From Acidobacteriota bacterium (GTDB lineage: Bacteria > Acidobacteriota > UBA4820 > DSQY01), in contig JAJYCJ010000006.1 in NCBI GenBank assembly GCA_021778515.1, positions 1-63,124 of the forward strand: DNA of 63,124 nt, written 5' to 3'. Under the pieces are notes generated by a model. The model was not told where the DNA came from, made no database searches, and saw only the letters and a program-made list of their open reading frames with translations. A program made the translations under genes and the position numbers. Below are positions 16,789-25,298 of this stretch, piece after piece. Numbering within the stretch: the first letter of the stretch is position 1; each line of letters begins with the position of its first letter.

Positions 16789-17447
16789 ATCGACGTAGGT
16801 AGGCCCTCGCGGGCCTTCCCTGTCACACCACCGTGCGTACGGGTCCGTACATAGCGGTTCGGTGAGTTGTGCGGTCCCACCCTTAGGGGTGTCTCCGCCG
16901 GGTTTTCGGTTTCGCTTCCCGTGCCAAACGTTTCGGCCCTTCACTCCGCGAACCTTCGGGCTTCACCCTACGGCACCGCTTCGAAGGCCAGGTCGCCCCG
17001 GATGTTCCGCCGCTCTGCGTCCGCCATGGCTGCGTCCTGCTCGCCTCTCCAACCGTTCGGGCCTTCGGGGATCCCCTCCCCTCCTATGCCCTCTGCTGAC
17101 TCCAGCACCGCGGTCAGGGAGTCTTACGACCCCCTCAGTCCCGATCCCGGGAAACGGCGCAGGCCTCCCGGGGTAAGTCCAGCCGCCTTCCGCGCGCAAC
17201 CGCCAGATTTACGCTTTGCGCCCTTGATGGAGTTGGACTTCGCGCTCAGTAGCCCGCTCGTCCGGCGCTCACGCAATCCCATCTATCGGACCCTCCACCG
17301 GAGGGTCCTCCCGCTCGCTACTTCGCAGCTTGCGGAGATGGGCCCGTCCGTCGCGGTGACAGGCCCTTGCGCTTCGCTAACCCTTCACCTCCATCAGGTT
17401 GGGTAGAGGACTCTCACCCCAAAAGCTGCTGGTCATGCCGGGCACAC
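16789..17447 (-). ncRNA. ORF-less group IIC intron (659 nt)
   Basis: 5' GTGTGCCCGGCATG...GGTGAGAGTCC; domain V GAACCGCTATGTACGGACCCGTACGCACGGTGGTGTGACAGGG with CGC triad; domain VI hairpin ending in CGAT; only a decayed IEP N-terminal leader remains in domain IV. Confidence 0.9.
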
Positions 17448-17465
17448 ATACAGAACGACCATTAG

Positions 17466-17498
17466 ATGGTTGAAATTCAACCATTAAGCAGCTATATT
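17466..17498 (+). promoter_or_regulatory. Sigma70-like promoter with a palindrome over the -35 box
   Basis: TTGAAA-17-TATATT (17470-17498); palindrome atggttgaa-a-ttcaaccat 17466-17484. Confidence 0.55.
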
Positions 17499-17517
17499 TG
17501 AGCCGAGAGGGAGAGCG

Positions 17518-18753
17518 ATGATCAAGCGACACTTAAGCTCAGCCGTGGCCGAGGCACTAAAGGACACACCTGTAGTTCTCCTGGTCGGCGCGAGGCAGAC
17601 CGGAAAGAGCACCCTGGTCAACTCGCTCCTCGGGACCGCTCCCATCAGGCGCTATCTTACCTTCGATGACCAAGGCGTCCGCGATGCGGCGCGGAGCGAC
17701 CCCGCAGGTTTCTTGGCCGGTCTGGAGGGTCCGGTGACACTAGACGAGGTCCAGAAAGCGCCCGAGCTGTTCCCAGCGATGAAGGCCGTCGTGGACCGAG
17801 ACAGGAGACCCGGCCGCTATCTTCTCACCGGATCCGCAAACGCGCTCATGCTGCCGAGACTCAGCGAGTCTCTTGCCGGCCGGATGGAGGTCCAGACCTT
17901 GTGGCCCTTTTCCCAAGGCGAACTGAAAGGCCGGCGGGAGACCTACCTTGAAAAGGTTTTTCAGGCCAAGTTCTCTCCAAAGCCCTCTCATGGTGGCGGG
18001 GCAACGGCATGGCCAGAACTGGCCTGCCTCGGAGGGTTCCCCGAGATTGTCGCCCGCGCCTCGGCGCCTCGCCGCCGTCCCTGGTTCCGATCCTACGTGG
18101 CGACCGTACTTTCCCGGGACGCACGAGACCTCGCCAACATCGAATCGCTTGCCACTCTCCCCAGGCTCCTGGGCCTGCTGGCTTCTAGGACCGCGTCGCT
18201 GCTCAACTATGCGGACCTATCCCGCACTCTGGGAATGCCGCAGAGCACCCTAAAGCGCTATATGGGACTCCTGCAGGCATTGTTCCTCTTCCACCCCCTG
18301 CCCGCCTGGTCCAGTAACCTGGGACAGCGACTGATCAAGTCGCCGAAGGTTCTGCTTTCGGACACAGGCCTGCTCGCACACCTTACGGGCGCCACCCCGG
18401 ACAAGCTCCGCCAGGATCCGACAGCGGCTGGCCACCTACTGGAGAATTTCGTCGCCATGGAGCTGGTCAAGCAGGCCTCGTGGTCCGAGACGCAGGTCCA
18501 GGTCTTCCACTTCCGGACCCTCACCGGAACCGAGGTGGACATTCTCCTAGAGGATGAGGAGGGCCGCGTCGTCGGAATCGAAGTAAAGGCCTCGGCCACG
18601 CCATCGTCCTCAGACTTCAAGGGGTTGAAGAGCCTAGCGGAGTGCGCCGAGAACAAGTTCGTGCGGGGAATCGTGCTGTACACAGGCAGCGAGGTGATTC
18701 CCTTTGGGAAGAACCTCACCGCCGTGCCTTTGCCGGCACTCTGGGAGTCTTGA
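17518..18753 (+). CDS. AAA_14-type ATPase with DUF4143 / PD-(D/E)xK C-terminal domain
   Basis: Walker A GARQTGKST, Walker B LDEVQ, LTGS, ESLAGR, C-terminal EVDILLE...GIEVK. Confidence 0.9.
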   Translation: MIKRHLSSAVAEALKDTPVVLLVGARQTGKSTLVNSLLGTAPIRRYLTFDDQGVRDAARSDPAGFLAGLEGPVTLDEVQKAPELFPAMKAVVDRDRRPGRYLLTGSANALMLPRLSESLAGRMEVQTLWPFSQGELKGRRETYLEKVFQAKFSPKPSHGGGATAWPELACLGGFPEIVARASAPRRRPWFRSYVATVLSRDARDLANIESLATLPRLLGLLASRTASLLNYADLSRTLGMPQSTLKRYMGLLQALFLFHPLPAWSSNLGQRLIKSPKVLLSDTGLLAHLTGATPDKLRQDPTAAGHLLENFVAMELVKQASWSETQVQVFHFRTLTGTEVDILLEDEEGRVVGIEVKASATPSSSDFKGLKSLAECAENKFVRGIVLYTGSEVIPFGKNLTAVPLPALWES

Positions 18754-18756
18754 CCC

Positions 18757-21216
18757 ATGGGGGATCGGCGCGAGCTTAAGGAACAAATCGCGCGCGAAGA
18801 AGAAAGACTCTCATCGTTAACCCGAAAATTGGAAGAGCAGCGCGAGATCGTCGCATCGCTCAAGAAAAGGCTGGATTTCGCAGAACCAGAACGCTCCGAA
18901 ACGATCACAAAGCCTGTTCTGGCCGCATCAAGCTCTGGGCTCTCTGCTATCGAGAAGGTGCGCCTGTTCAGGTCTCTATTTCGTGGGCGCGAGGACGTCT
19001 TTCCACGCCGATGGGAAAACGCGAAGACGGGCCGCTCCGGTTACGCTCCAGCTTGCGAGAATGAATGGGCACCAAAGGTCTGCGCCAAGGGCGAGGCGAG
19101 GGGGCGTCGCACATCCGGCAGCGTTTGTGGGGAATGCAAGAACCAGAGATTCCTTGCAGTCACCGATGAGCAAATCGCCTGGCACTTGAAGGGGCTTCAG
19201 GTCATGGGCGTCTACCCTCTTCTCCTGGACGAAACATGCTGGTTCCTGGCCGTGGACTTCGATGGCGAGAGCTGGCAGGAGGACCTCGCAGCGTTTTCGA
19301 AGACGTGTGCCCTTCATGGTTTTGCGGCATCCGTCGAACGATCCCGCTCTGGAAATGGAGCCCATGCCTGGTTCTTCTTCGCTGAACCTGTGCCTGCCGC
19401 GACAGCCAGAACAATGGGCTGTTTCTTCATTACCGAGACCATGGCTCGCAGGCACCAGCTTCCGATGAAGTCTTACGACCGTCTTTTCCCGAATCAAGAC
19501 ACGATGCCCATGGGTGGTTTCGGGAATCTTATCGCACTGCCCCTTCAACGAGAGGCCCGGCTTCGAGACAATTCAGCCTTCCTGGATTCCCGCTTCCTTG
19601 CGCTTCCAGACCAATGGAGCTATCTGGCTTCGGTCCCTCGAATTGAGAAATCCAGGGTGCAGGCAATAGCAAGGGAGGCAAGCAGCTCTGGACGGACGAC
19701 CGGACTCACGCTGCCTACCGAGCCAACCGACCAGGACTCTGATCTGGGAAGGCCGTACCGGCGTTCGGCTCGGCGAAGCGTGGTGATTTCGGAAGCGCTT
19801 CCCCAGCAAGTGACGGCCAATCTGGGAAGTCGGGTCCGGATCTCCAAAGAAGGCCTCCCCTCCTCGCTCCTCAACTCCATCAAGCGTCTTGCCGCATTCC
19901 AGAACCCTGAGTTCTACAAGAAGCAGAGCATGCGGCTTTCCACCGCCATGACTCCGCGGGTTATCGCCTGCTTCGAGGAGGACTCCCGCTTCATCGACCT
20001 GCCGCGTGGGTGCCTCTCCGACTTCGCTGCCATTCTCAAGGATCATGGAATTTCTCTGGTTCTCCAGGACGAGCGCGAGAGTGGTGTCCCGATCGACATC
20101 ACCTTCCATGGGCACCTGACAGATGAACAAGAAAGGGCGCTTCAGGCTCTTCTTGCGCACGAGACGGGAGTTCTTGTGGCTCCACCCGGGGTTGGAAAGA
20201 CGGTTACCGGAGTCTCCCTGATCGCGGCCAGGAGGAGGAGCACGCTGGTCCTGGTCCATCGAAAGCCGCTTCTGGACCAATGGACTGCCCAGCTCGCTCT
20301 ATTTCTGGGCATTTCCCCCAAGGAAGTCGGTCAAGTTGGAGGTGGTAAGCGCAAACCGAATGGGCAGCTAGATGTGGCCATGATTCAGAGCCTGGTCCGC
20401 AAGGGGAAAGTAGAGGGATTGGTACAAAGCTATGGCCACGTGGTCGTAGACGAATGCCACCACGTTTCCGCATCTTCCTTCGAGCGGGTTCTGGCTGAAG
20501 TCAGAGCCAAGTATGTCACGGGTCTGACCGCTACGGCCCGGCGCCGAGACGGGCATGAGCCGATCATCCAGATGCAGCTTGGACCCATACGCCATACGGT
20601 CTCCCAGAAGGAAACCGTTGCAGCCAGGGGAATGGACCGCACGCTGATTGTCCGCGAGACGGGATTCGATCCGACAACGATTCCCAACGGAGCCAGCATC
20701 CAAGAGATCTACGCCCTTCTCTGCCAATCCGAAGCCCGCAACGACCTGATCTTCGACGACATCATCGCGGCTCTGGAGGCGGGCAGGTCTCCCATTGTTC
20801 TAACCGAGAGACGGGACCACTTGGAGCACCTTGCTGAGAGACTCAAGCGATTCGCGAAACACCTGATCGTTTTTCACGGTGGCATGAAGGCGCGGGAGCG
20901 GAGAGAATCTTTTCTTCGCTGCCGAGAGCTGCCGGCACACGAAGAGCGGGTGCTGCTCGCCACTGGGCGTTTATTGGGCGAGGGCTTCGATGATGCGAGA
21001 CTGGATACCCTCTTCCTCACCCTCCCGGTCTCATGGAGAGGCACTCTGGTTCAATACACTGGGCGCCTGCATCGCAACTATGGCGGGAAGAAGGAGACAC
21101 TCGTCTACGACTACTTGGACGAGGAGGTGCCCGTCCTCAGGCGGATGTTCGAGAGGCGCCTGCGGGGATACCGAGCCATTGGATACGAGTTGCCCCATTC
21201 GCATCTACAATCCTAG
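18757..21216 (+). CDS. AEP-type primase domain (TOTE-conflict-system-like) fused to a ResIII/SF2 DEAD-DEAH helicase
   Basis: LFRGREDVF, Cys cluster, FLAVDFD, ERSRSGNGAH, DRLFPNQD, GFGNLIALPLQ; helicase motifs APPGVGKT, DECHH, LTAT, QYTGRLHR. Confidence 0.85.
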   Translation: MGDRRELKEQIAREEERLSSLTRKLEEQREIVASLKKRLDFAEPERSETITKPVLAASSSGLSAIEKVRLFRSLFRGREDVFPRRWENAKTGRSGYAPACENEWAPKVCAKGEARGRRTSGSVCGECKNQRFLAVTDEQIAWHLKGLQVMGVYPLLLDETCWFLAVDFDGESWQEDLAAFSKTCALHGFAASVERSRSGNGAHAWFFFAEPVPAATARTMGCFFITETMARRHQLPMKSYDRLFPNQDTMPMGGFGNLIALPLQREARLRDNSAFLDSRFLALPDQWSYLASVPRIEKSRVQAIAREASSSGRTTGLTLPTEPTDQDSDLGRPYRRSARRSVVISEALPQQVTANLGSRVRISKEGLPSSLLNSIKRLAAFQNPEFYKKQSMRLSTAMTPRVIACFEEDSRFIDLPRGCLSDFAAILKDHGISLVLQDERESGVPIDITFHGHLTDEQERALQALLAHETGVLVAPPGVGKTVTGVSLIAARRRSTLVLVHRKPLLDQWTAQLALFLGISPKEVGQVGGGKRKPNGQLDVAMIQSLVRKGKVEGLVQSYGHVVVDECHHVSASSFERVLAEVRAKYVTGLTATARRRDGHEPIIQMQLGPIRHTVSQKETVAARGMDRTLIVRETGFDPTTIPNGASIQEIYALLCQSEARNDLIFDDIIAALEAGRSPIVLTERRDHLEHLAERLKRFAKHLIVFHGGMKARERRESFLRCRELPAHEERVLLATGRLLGEGFDDARLDTLFLTLPVSWRGTLVQYTGRLHRNYGGKKETLVYDYLDEEVPVLRRMFERRLRGYRAIGYELPHSHLQS

Positions 21217-21286
21217 GCTCCCTTCCCTAGGCCTTCATTCTTATGAATCCTGCTGGTCAGCCGGAAACGCGATCTGGGCGCTCCAG

Positions 21287-21528
21287 GTGGAGCGGCAGGT
21301 GGAGCGGCACAGATGGCAGACCCGGATCAGGCCACCTTCGACGCCGCGAAAGACCACGCTTATGGAACCAGAGGGAGGAGGGAACGGGCCGACTTTCGCC
21401 CTCCAAGTGCCTTCACGGCGCCTTCCCTCGGTGGGTCACGCCCACCTGCAAAGCCCGAGTTCTCCTGCGCTTCATCCGGAGCGGGAAAATGGTGGGGGGA
21501 CTATCGCCGTGGAGCGGTGGTGGAGCGG
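21287..21528. repeat. att-arm-like module 2: two tandem GTGGAGCGG pairs next to the tRNA
   Basis: Sites at 21287, 21299, 21509, 21520; 21507-21528 identical to 16767-16788. Confidence 0.7.
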
Positions 21529-21536
21529 CAACACGA

Positions 21537-21556
21537 AGGCCGCCTTTTGGCGGCCT
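21537..21556 (-). terminator. Hairpin downstream of tRNA-Thr
   Basis: aggccgcc-tttt-ggcggcct. Confidence 0.55.
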
Positions 21557-21575
21557 CGTAACTACCTGATTTTTC

Positions 21576-21651
21576 TGGAGCCGACGGCCAGAATCGAACT
21601 GGCGACCTGATGATTACGAATCAACTGCTCTACCAGCTGAGCTACGTCGGC
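21576..21651 (-). tRNA. tRNA-Thr(CGT)
   Basis: GCCGACGTAGCTCAGCTGGTAGAGCAGTTGATTCGTAATCATCAGGTCGCCAGTTCGATTCTGGCCGTCGGCTCCA; 76 nt with encoded CCA. Confidence 0.97.
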
Positions 21652-21662
21652 CCAGTCTTCGT

Positions 21663-21691
21663 ATTGTATGCACTTCGTCCCCGGACGTCAA
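21663..21691 (-). promoter_or_regulatory. Sigma70 promoter of tRNA-Thr
   Basis: TTGACG-17-TACAAT on minus strand. Confidence 0.65.
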
Positions 21692-21824
21692 CTGCCCTGG
21701 GGGTTGCGCGCAGGGGAGGCTCCCGCCTTAAGGACCCAACGGGCTTGCGGCAAGGGCGCGCCTGCTTCCTGCGTCGTCCCCTCGCGGGACGGCGCTTGAA
21801 GCGGCTGCGGAGGCGTGTGTGTCC

Positions 21825-22127
21825 TCAGACGAGCTTGGTGCCACAGCGGGTGCAGAACTGTGAGTCGGCCGCGCCGGCGGTTCCGCACTTCGAGCAAACC
21901 ACCGAAGGGCCTGCGGGCGCCGCCTGCTGGGCCACCTGGGCCACAGCCTGCGTGGGGACGCTGGACTCGGCGGCTACTTCCTTGGCGCTCTCGCGGAAGG
22001 CCTTGATGGTCTTGCCCATGGAGGCGCCGAGTTGGGGCAGCTTGGAAGGGCCGAAGATGAGCAGAAGGATGGCGAGGATGACGAGGAGCTGTTCGGGTGA
22101 ATCGATGAATGCTAGGGCGAGGGGCAT
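21825..22127 (-). CDS. tatA: TatA/E translocase subunit with C-terminal zinc ribbon
   Basis: LLVILAILLLIFGPSKLPQLGASMGKTIKAFR; CSKCG...FCTRCG. Confidence 0.85.
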   Translation of the reverse strand: MPLALAFIDSPEQLLVILAILLLIFGPSKLPQLGASMGKTIKAFRESAKEVAAESSVPTQAVAQVAQQAAPAGPSVVCSKCGTAGAADSQFCTRCGTKLV

Positions 22128-22389
22128 TCGAATCTCCCGCGCCAGCCTAGCGGCTGGCACACGAGGGCACTGCCGTTACCGGGCCGCCGACGGCTGGCGG
22201 ATGGGCAGTGCAGGGGGCCGAGGGGCGCTTCGGGTTCATATCCGGGTGGTCCTGAGGGCCGTGGGCGGCCACACGCACCTGAGGACGTCTCTCCGTATTC
22301 TCCTCGGGCGCCAGGCGGGACCGCCGGGACGCCCAGGACGACGCCCGTATCTTAGGCCCGGCGACGGGGTGAGTCAATAGACTGGGCTG

Positions 22390-23634
22390 CTACTCGTCGA
22401 TCAGGCGGTGCGGGCCCGAGGAGCTGGGCGGGAGCCTGTGGGCCCCGGAGTCCGTCGCGGCGGGCATCCCGGTCCGAGAGTCCATGGGGCCGAGGCGCCG
22501 GATGCCGGAGTCGGTGAGGCCGGGGGCGGGCGGTTTGGGCTGGCGTTCGGCGCCGGCGATCTTCTGCTGTTTGAGGAGCCACCGGCAGACCCACGCGCCC
22601 GCCGCCAGAAGGAGGAAAAAGAGGCCGATGGCGCCCCACTGGGAACCCACGGGCAGCGCCCGCACCACGTAGTCGGGCCGGAGGGCGGCGTCCCGGACGG
22701 CGTCCCTCATCACGGCCATGCCGGCGAAGACCGCTACCAGCGCCGCAGCCGTCCCCCAGAGGTAGGGGCCCGGCTTGACGGAGTTGATGCCCAGGAGCGC
22801 CCCGCAGAGGGCGAGCAGGGCGGCCAGCAGGGCCACGCCGAAGGAGATGGAGGCCGGGAGGCTGCCGCCCATGAGCACCATCATCTGCTCCTTGGGCAGG
22901 GCGAGGAGCCACCAGCTCCCGATGGCCATGTTGACGAGGGTGGCGCCGGCGAACCAGGTGGCGCCGCTGCGGTACTGCCACCGGCCCTGTTCGGGCTCCA
23001 AGTGCAGCCGGCGCGCGCCGCGGATGGCGATGTAGAGCCCCGCCACCGCGACCGCGCCGACCATCATGTGCAGGAATCGCGGAATGAGCGTGGGCTCGGC
23101 CATGTTGAGCTGCCAGCCGCCGGGATGGGCGAGGTACTTGTTCTTGTATCGATCGGGGTCCAGCATGAGCGTGCTCAAGCTGGTCATGATGAAGCCGACG
23201 TAGCCCAGCAGCAGAAAGTTCAGGAGGGGCAGCCACGGCCGAGAGCGCCTCAGCCTGTCCCACCAGTAGGCCGCCAAGTACATGAGGGCGTAGGCCAGCA
23301 TGATGACGGGAATGGACAGCAGGAAGGGTGTGCCGATGAGGATCGCGCTGGTGTAGAAGAGCGGCCCGTAGAGCACCTGGATGAAGAGGAGCGGCGCCAC
23401 GCCGAAGACGATGGTGAAGGCCGTGGCGTAGGGCATGATGCGGACGAGGCCCCGGGCGGCGTCCAGGTGCCTCGGCTTGCCCTTGAAGGCGAAGACGGCC
23501 GCCAGCAGATTGCCGCCGGCCATGAGGTTCATGAAGAGCAGGTGCACGATGAAGGTCAGGAGCAGAAGCGCCTTCAGGAGCCAGACCGGGGCGGGCAGGG
23601 GCAGGGTGCCGAAAAAGGGCAGCACGGGCGTCAT
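22390..23634 (-). CDS. Polytopic membrane protein, cytochrome bd-like partner subunit
   Basis: HLLFMN, GVAPLLFIQVLYG, RFLHMM, MRDAVR; ATGA overlap with upstream gene. Confidence 0.7.
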   Translation of the reverse strand: MTPVLPFFGTLPLPAPVWLLKALLLLTFIVHLLFMNLMAGGNLLAAVFAFKGKPRHLDAARGLVRIMPYATAFTIVFGVAPLLFIQVLYGPLFYTSAILIGTPFLLSIPVIMLAYALMYLAAYWWDRLRRSRPWLPLLNFLLLGYVGFIMTSLSTLMLDPDRYKNKYLAHPGGWQLNMAEPTLIPRFLHMMVGAVAVAGLYIAIRGARRLHLEPEQGRWQYRSGATWFAGATLVNMAIGSWWLLALPKEQMMVLMGGSLPASISFGVALLAALLALCGALLGINSVKPGPYLWGTAAALVAVFAGMAVMRDAVRDAALRPDYVVRALPVGSQWGAIGLFFLLLAAGAWVCRWLLKQQKIAGAERQPKPPAPGLTDSGIRRLGPMDSRTGMPAATDSGAHRLPPSSSGPHRLIDE

Positions 23635-25145
23635 GGCTTGGCCCCTTCCTGCGCCGCCAGGTAGCTCGCCAGGCTCTCGCGTTCGGCGTCCGTCCCGCTC
23701 CAGTGGGGCATGGCGCTATTCATCACTTCGATGGAGGCGATGAGGTCCGAGATGTCCTTGGGCCCCATTCCCTTCACGGTCGGAAGGACGGGGCGGAAGG
23801 GGCCGTTGAGGGTGTGGCAGACCCCGCAGCGCATGCGCCAGATGGCGGCGCCGCCGCTCGGGGCGGGCGCCTGGCCGGCCCGGGCCGCGAGGTAGGCCGC
23901 GATGGCCCTGGCGTCGGGGGCCTTGCCCGGAAAGGGGGGCATGCCCGGCCAGATGAGGTCGGTGCGCAGGACCAGCGCCGCCAGGTAGGGCTGGTCCATC
24001 CCCCGGATCGCCGGAGCCAGCGCGTTGAGCCCGCGCGTCACGGCGTGGCAGGAGGAACAGGCCACGCGGAAGAGATCCCTCCCCTCCGCCACTGCGCCTT
24101 TCGCCTCGCCCAGGTGCGGCGGGAGCCAGCGCGCCGACGCGAGCAACCCCCGCTGCTTGAGGAGGGGGTAGTCCTCCACCGAAATCCCGCTGGAGTAGAC
24201 CCGTCCCGTCACCAGGTAGGGGTCGCGCAATTGCTCTCTCTGCCACTCGAAGAGCCCCACCACGGCGAGCCCCACCAGGAGCATGAGGAGGGCCAGGCCC
24301 TTGGAGAGGTTCTTGGGCCTGAACCAGAGCACGGCGAAGCCCAGAAACGCGAGAAGGCCGAGGCATGCGGCCAGGCTCCATGTCTGGTTCTGCATGCTCG
24401 GGGTGAAGTCCCAGAGCTTCCGGTTCGCCCTCGGCAGCATCTGGGCGAACCAGAAACAGGCCGGCCCCATGAGCAGGGCGGGGATCCAGACCCAGCCCGA
24501 GGCGAAGCGCGCCACCTCGGCCCTGAGGATGCGGTCCCGACTGAACGAGGCCGAAGCCAGGGCCCACAGCCCCCCCAGCATGAGGCAGAGCAGGCACCGG
24601 ACGACCAGCGAGGGCAGCAGGTTCGGATTGAAGAAGGCGGAGGCCAGCGAGCGATTGTTCGGCCAGGCCCCGGGCGCGAGCTGGAAGGCCAGGATGCCGT
24701 CGATGGCCACCATGCTCAGGAAGGCAGAGCCGAAGTAGATCCAGCCGATGATGCGGTGCGTGCGCCGGGGAAGCCTGCCCCAGGTGCGGGCGTAGACGAT
24801 GACCGAGAGGATCTCCACCAAGAAGAAGACCCACTCGATCGCCCAGACCCAGACGAAGAGGTGGATCAGATCGCTGGTGGCCTGGGGGCTGATGAGGCCG
24901 ATGGTGAACCAGATGCCCACGCCGGTGGTGGCGCCGAAGACGAGGGTAATGAAGGCGAAGACCCTGGCCTGGCGCTTGAGCCAGTCCAGGAGGGCCTGGT
25001 CCTCGTGCCTGTGCGCCCAACTCTCCGCCGCCACCAGCAGGAAGCCTCCCCCCACGGCGAACTGGGCGAGGAAGACGTGGATCACGCCGACGACGATGAT
25101 CAGCCACTGGGAGCCGAAGGGCACCGACCAAACGGGGTAGTTCAT
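23631..25145 (-). CDS. Cytochrome bd subunit I-like protein with two C-terminal c-type heme sites
   Basis: HVFLAQFAVGGG, GATTGVGIW, WAIEWVFFLVE, EWQREQLRDPY; CSSCH and CGVCH. Confidence 0.8.
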   Translation of the reverse strand: MNYPVWSVPFGSQWLIIVVGVIHVFLAQFAVGGGFLLVAAESWAHRHEDQALLDWLKRQARVFAFITLVFGATTGVGIWFTIGLISPQATSDLIHLFVWVWAIEWVFFLVEILSVIVYARTWGRLPRRTHRIIGWIYFGSAFLSMVAIDGILAFQLAPGAWPNNRSLASAFFNPNLLPSLVVRCLLCLMLGGLWALASASFSRDRILRAEVARFASGWVWIPALLMGPACFWFAQMLPRANRKLWDFTPSMQNQTWSLAACLGLLAFLGFAVLWFRPKNLSKGLALLMLLVGLAVVGLFEWQREQLRDPYLVTGRVYSSGISVEDYPLLKQRGLLASARWLPPHLGEAKGAVAEGRDLFRVACSSCHAVTRGLNALAPAIRGMDQPYLAALVLRTDLIWPGMPPFPGKAPDARAIAAYLAARAGQAPAPSGGAAIWRMRCGVCHTLNGPFRPVLPTVKGMGPKDISDLIASIEVMNSAMPHWSGTDAERESLASYLAAQEGAKP

Positions 25146-25176
25146 GTCACCTCATGAAAGGGGCCGTTGTGGGCCG

Positions 25177-25288
25177 GGATGGGGAGATGGGGAGATGGGG
25201 AAATGAGGAACGAAGCGCGGCCCAAATCGGCCGGGGCAAACACCGCCGTCTCGAGCTTTTCCGCGTCACCTCATCACCTCATCTCGTC
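25177..25288. repeat. 8-bp-period intergenic repeats, purine-rich block then complementary pyrimidine-rich block
   Basis: gagatggg gagatggg gaaatgag ... tcacctca tcacctca tctc. Confidence 0.55.
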
Positions 25289-25298
25289 CTTCCAAGGG

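Larger units (their letters stand above)
11040..21575. mobile_element. tRNA-Thr-associated genomic island / integrative mobilizable element, apparently decayed; left boundary uncertain
   Basis: Relaxase, MobC, phage-type Rep, excisionase-like HTH, arm-type repeats, defence-like cargo, abuts tRNA 3' end; no intact integrase seen. Confidence 0.7.
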
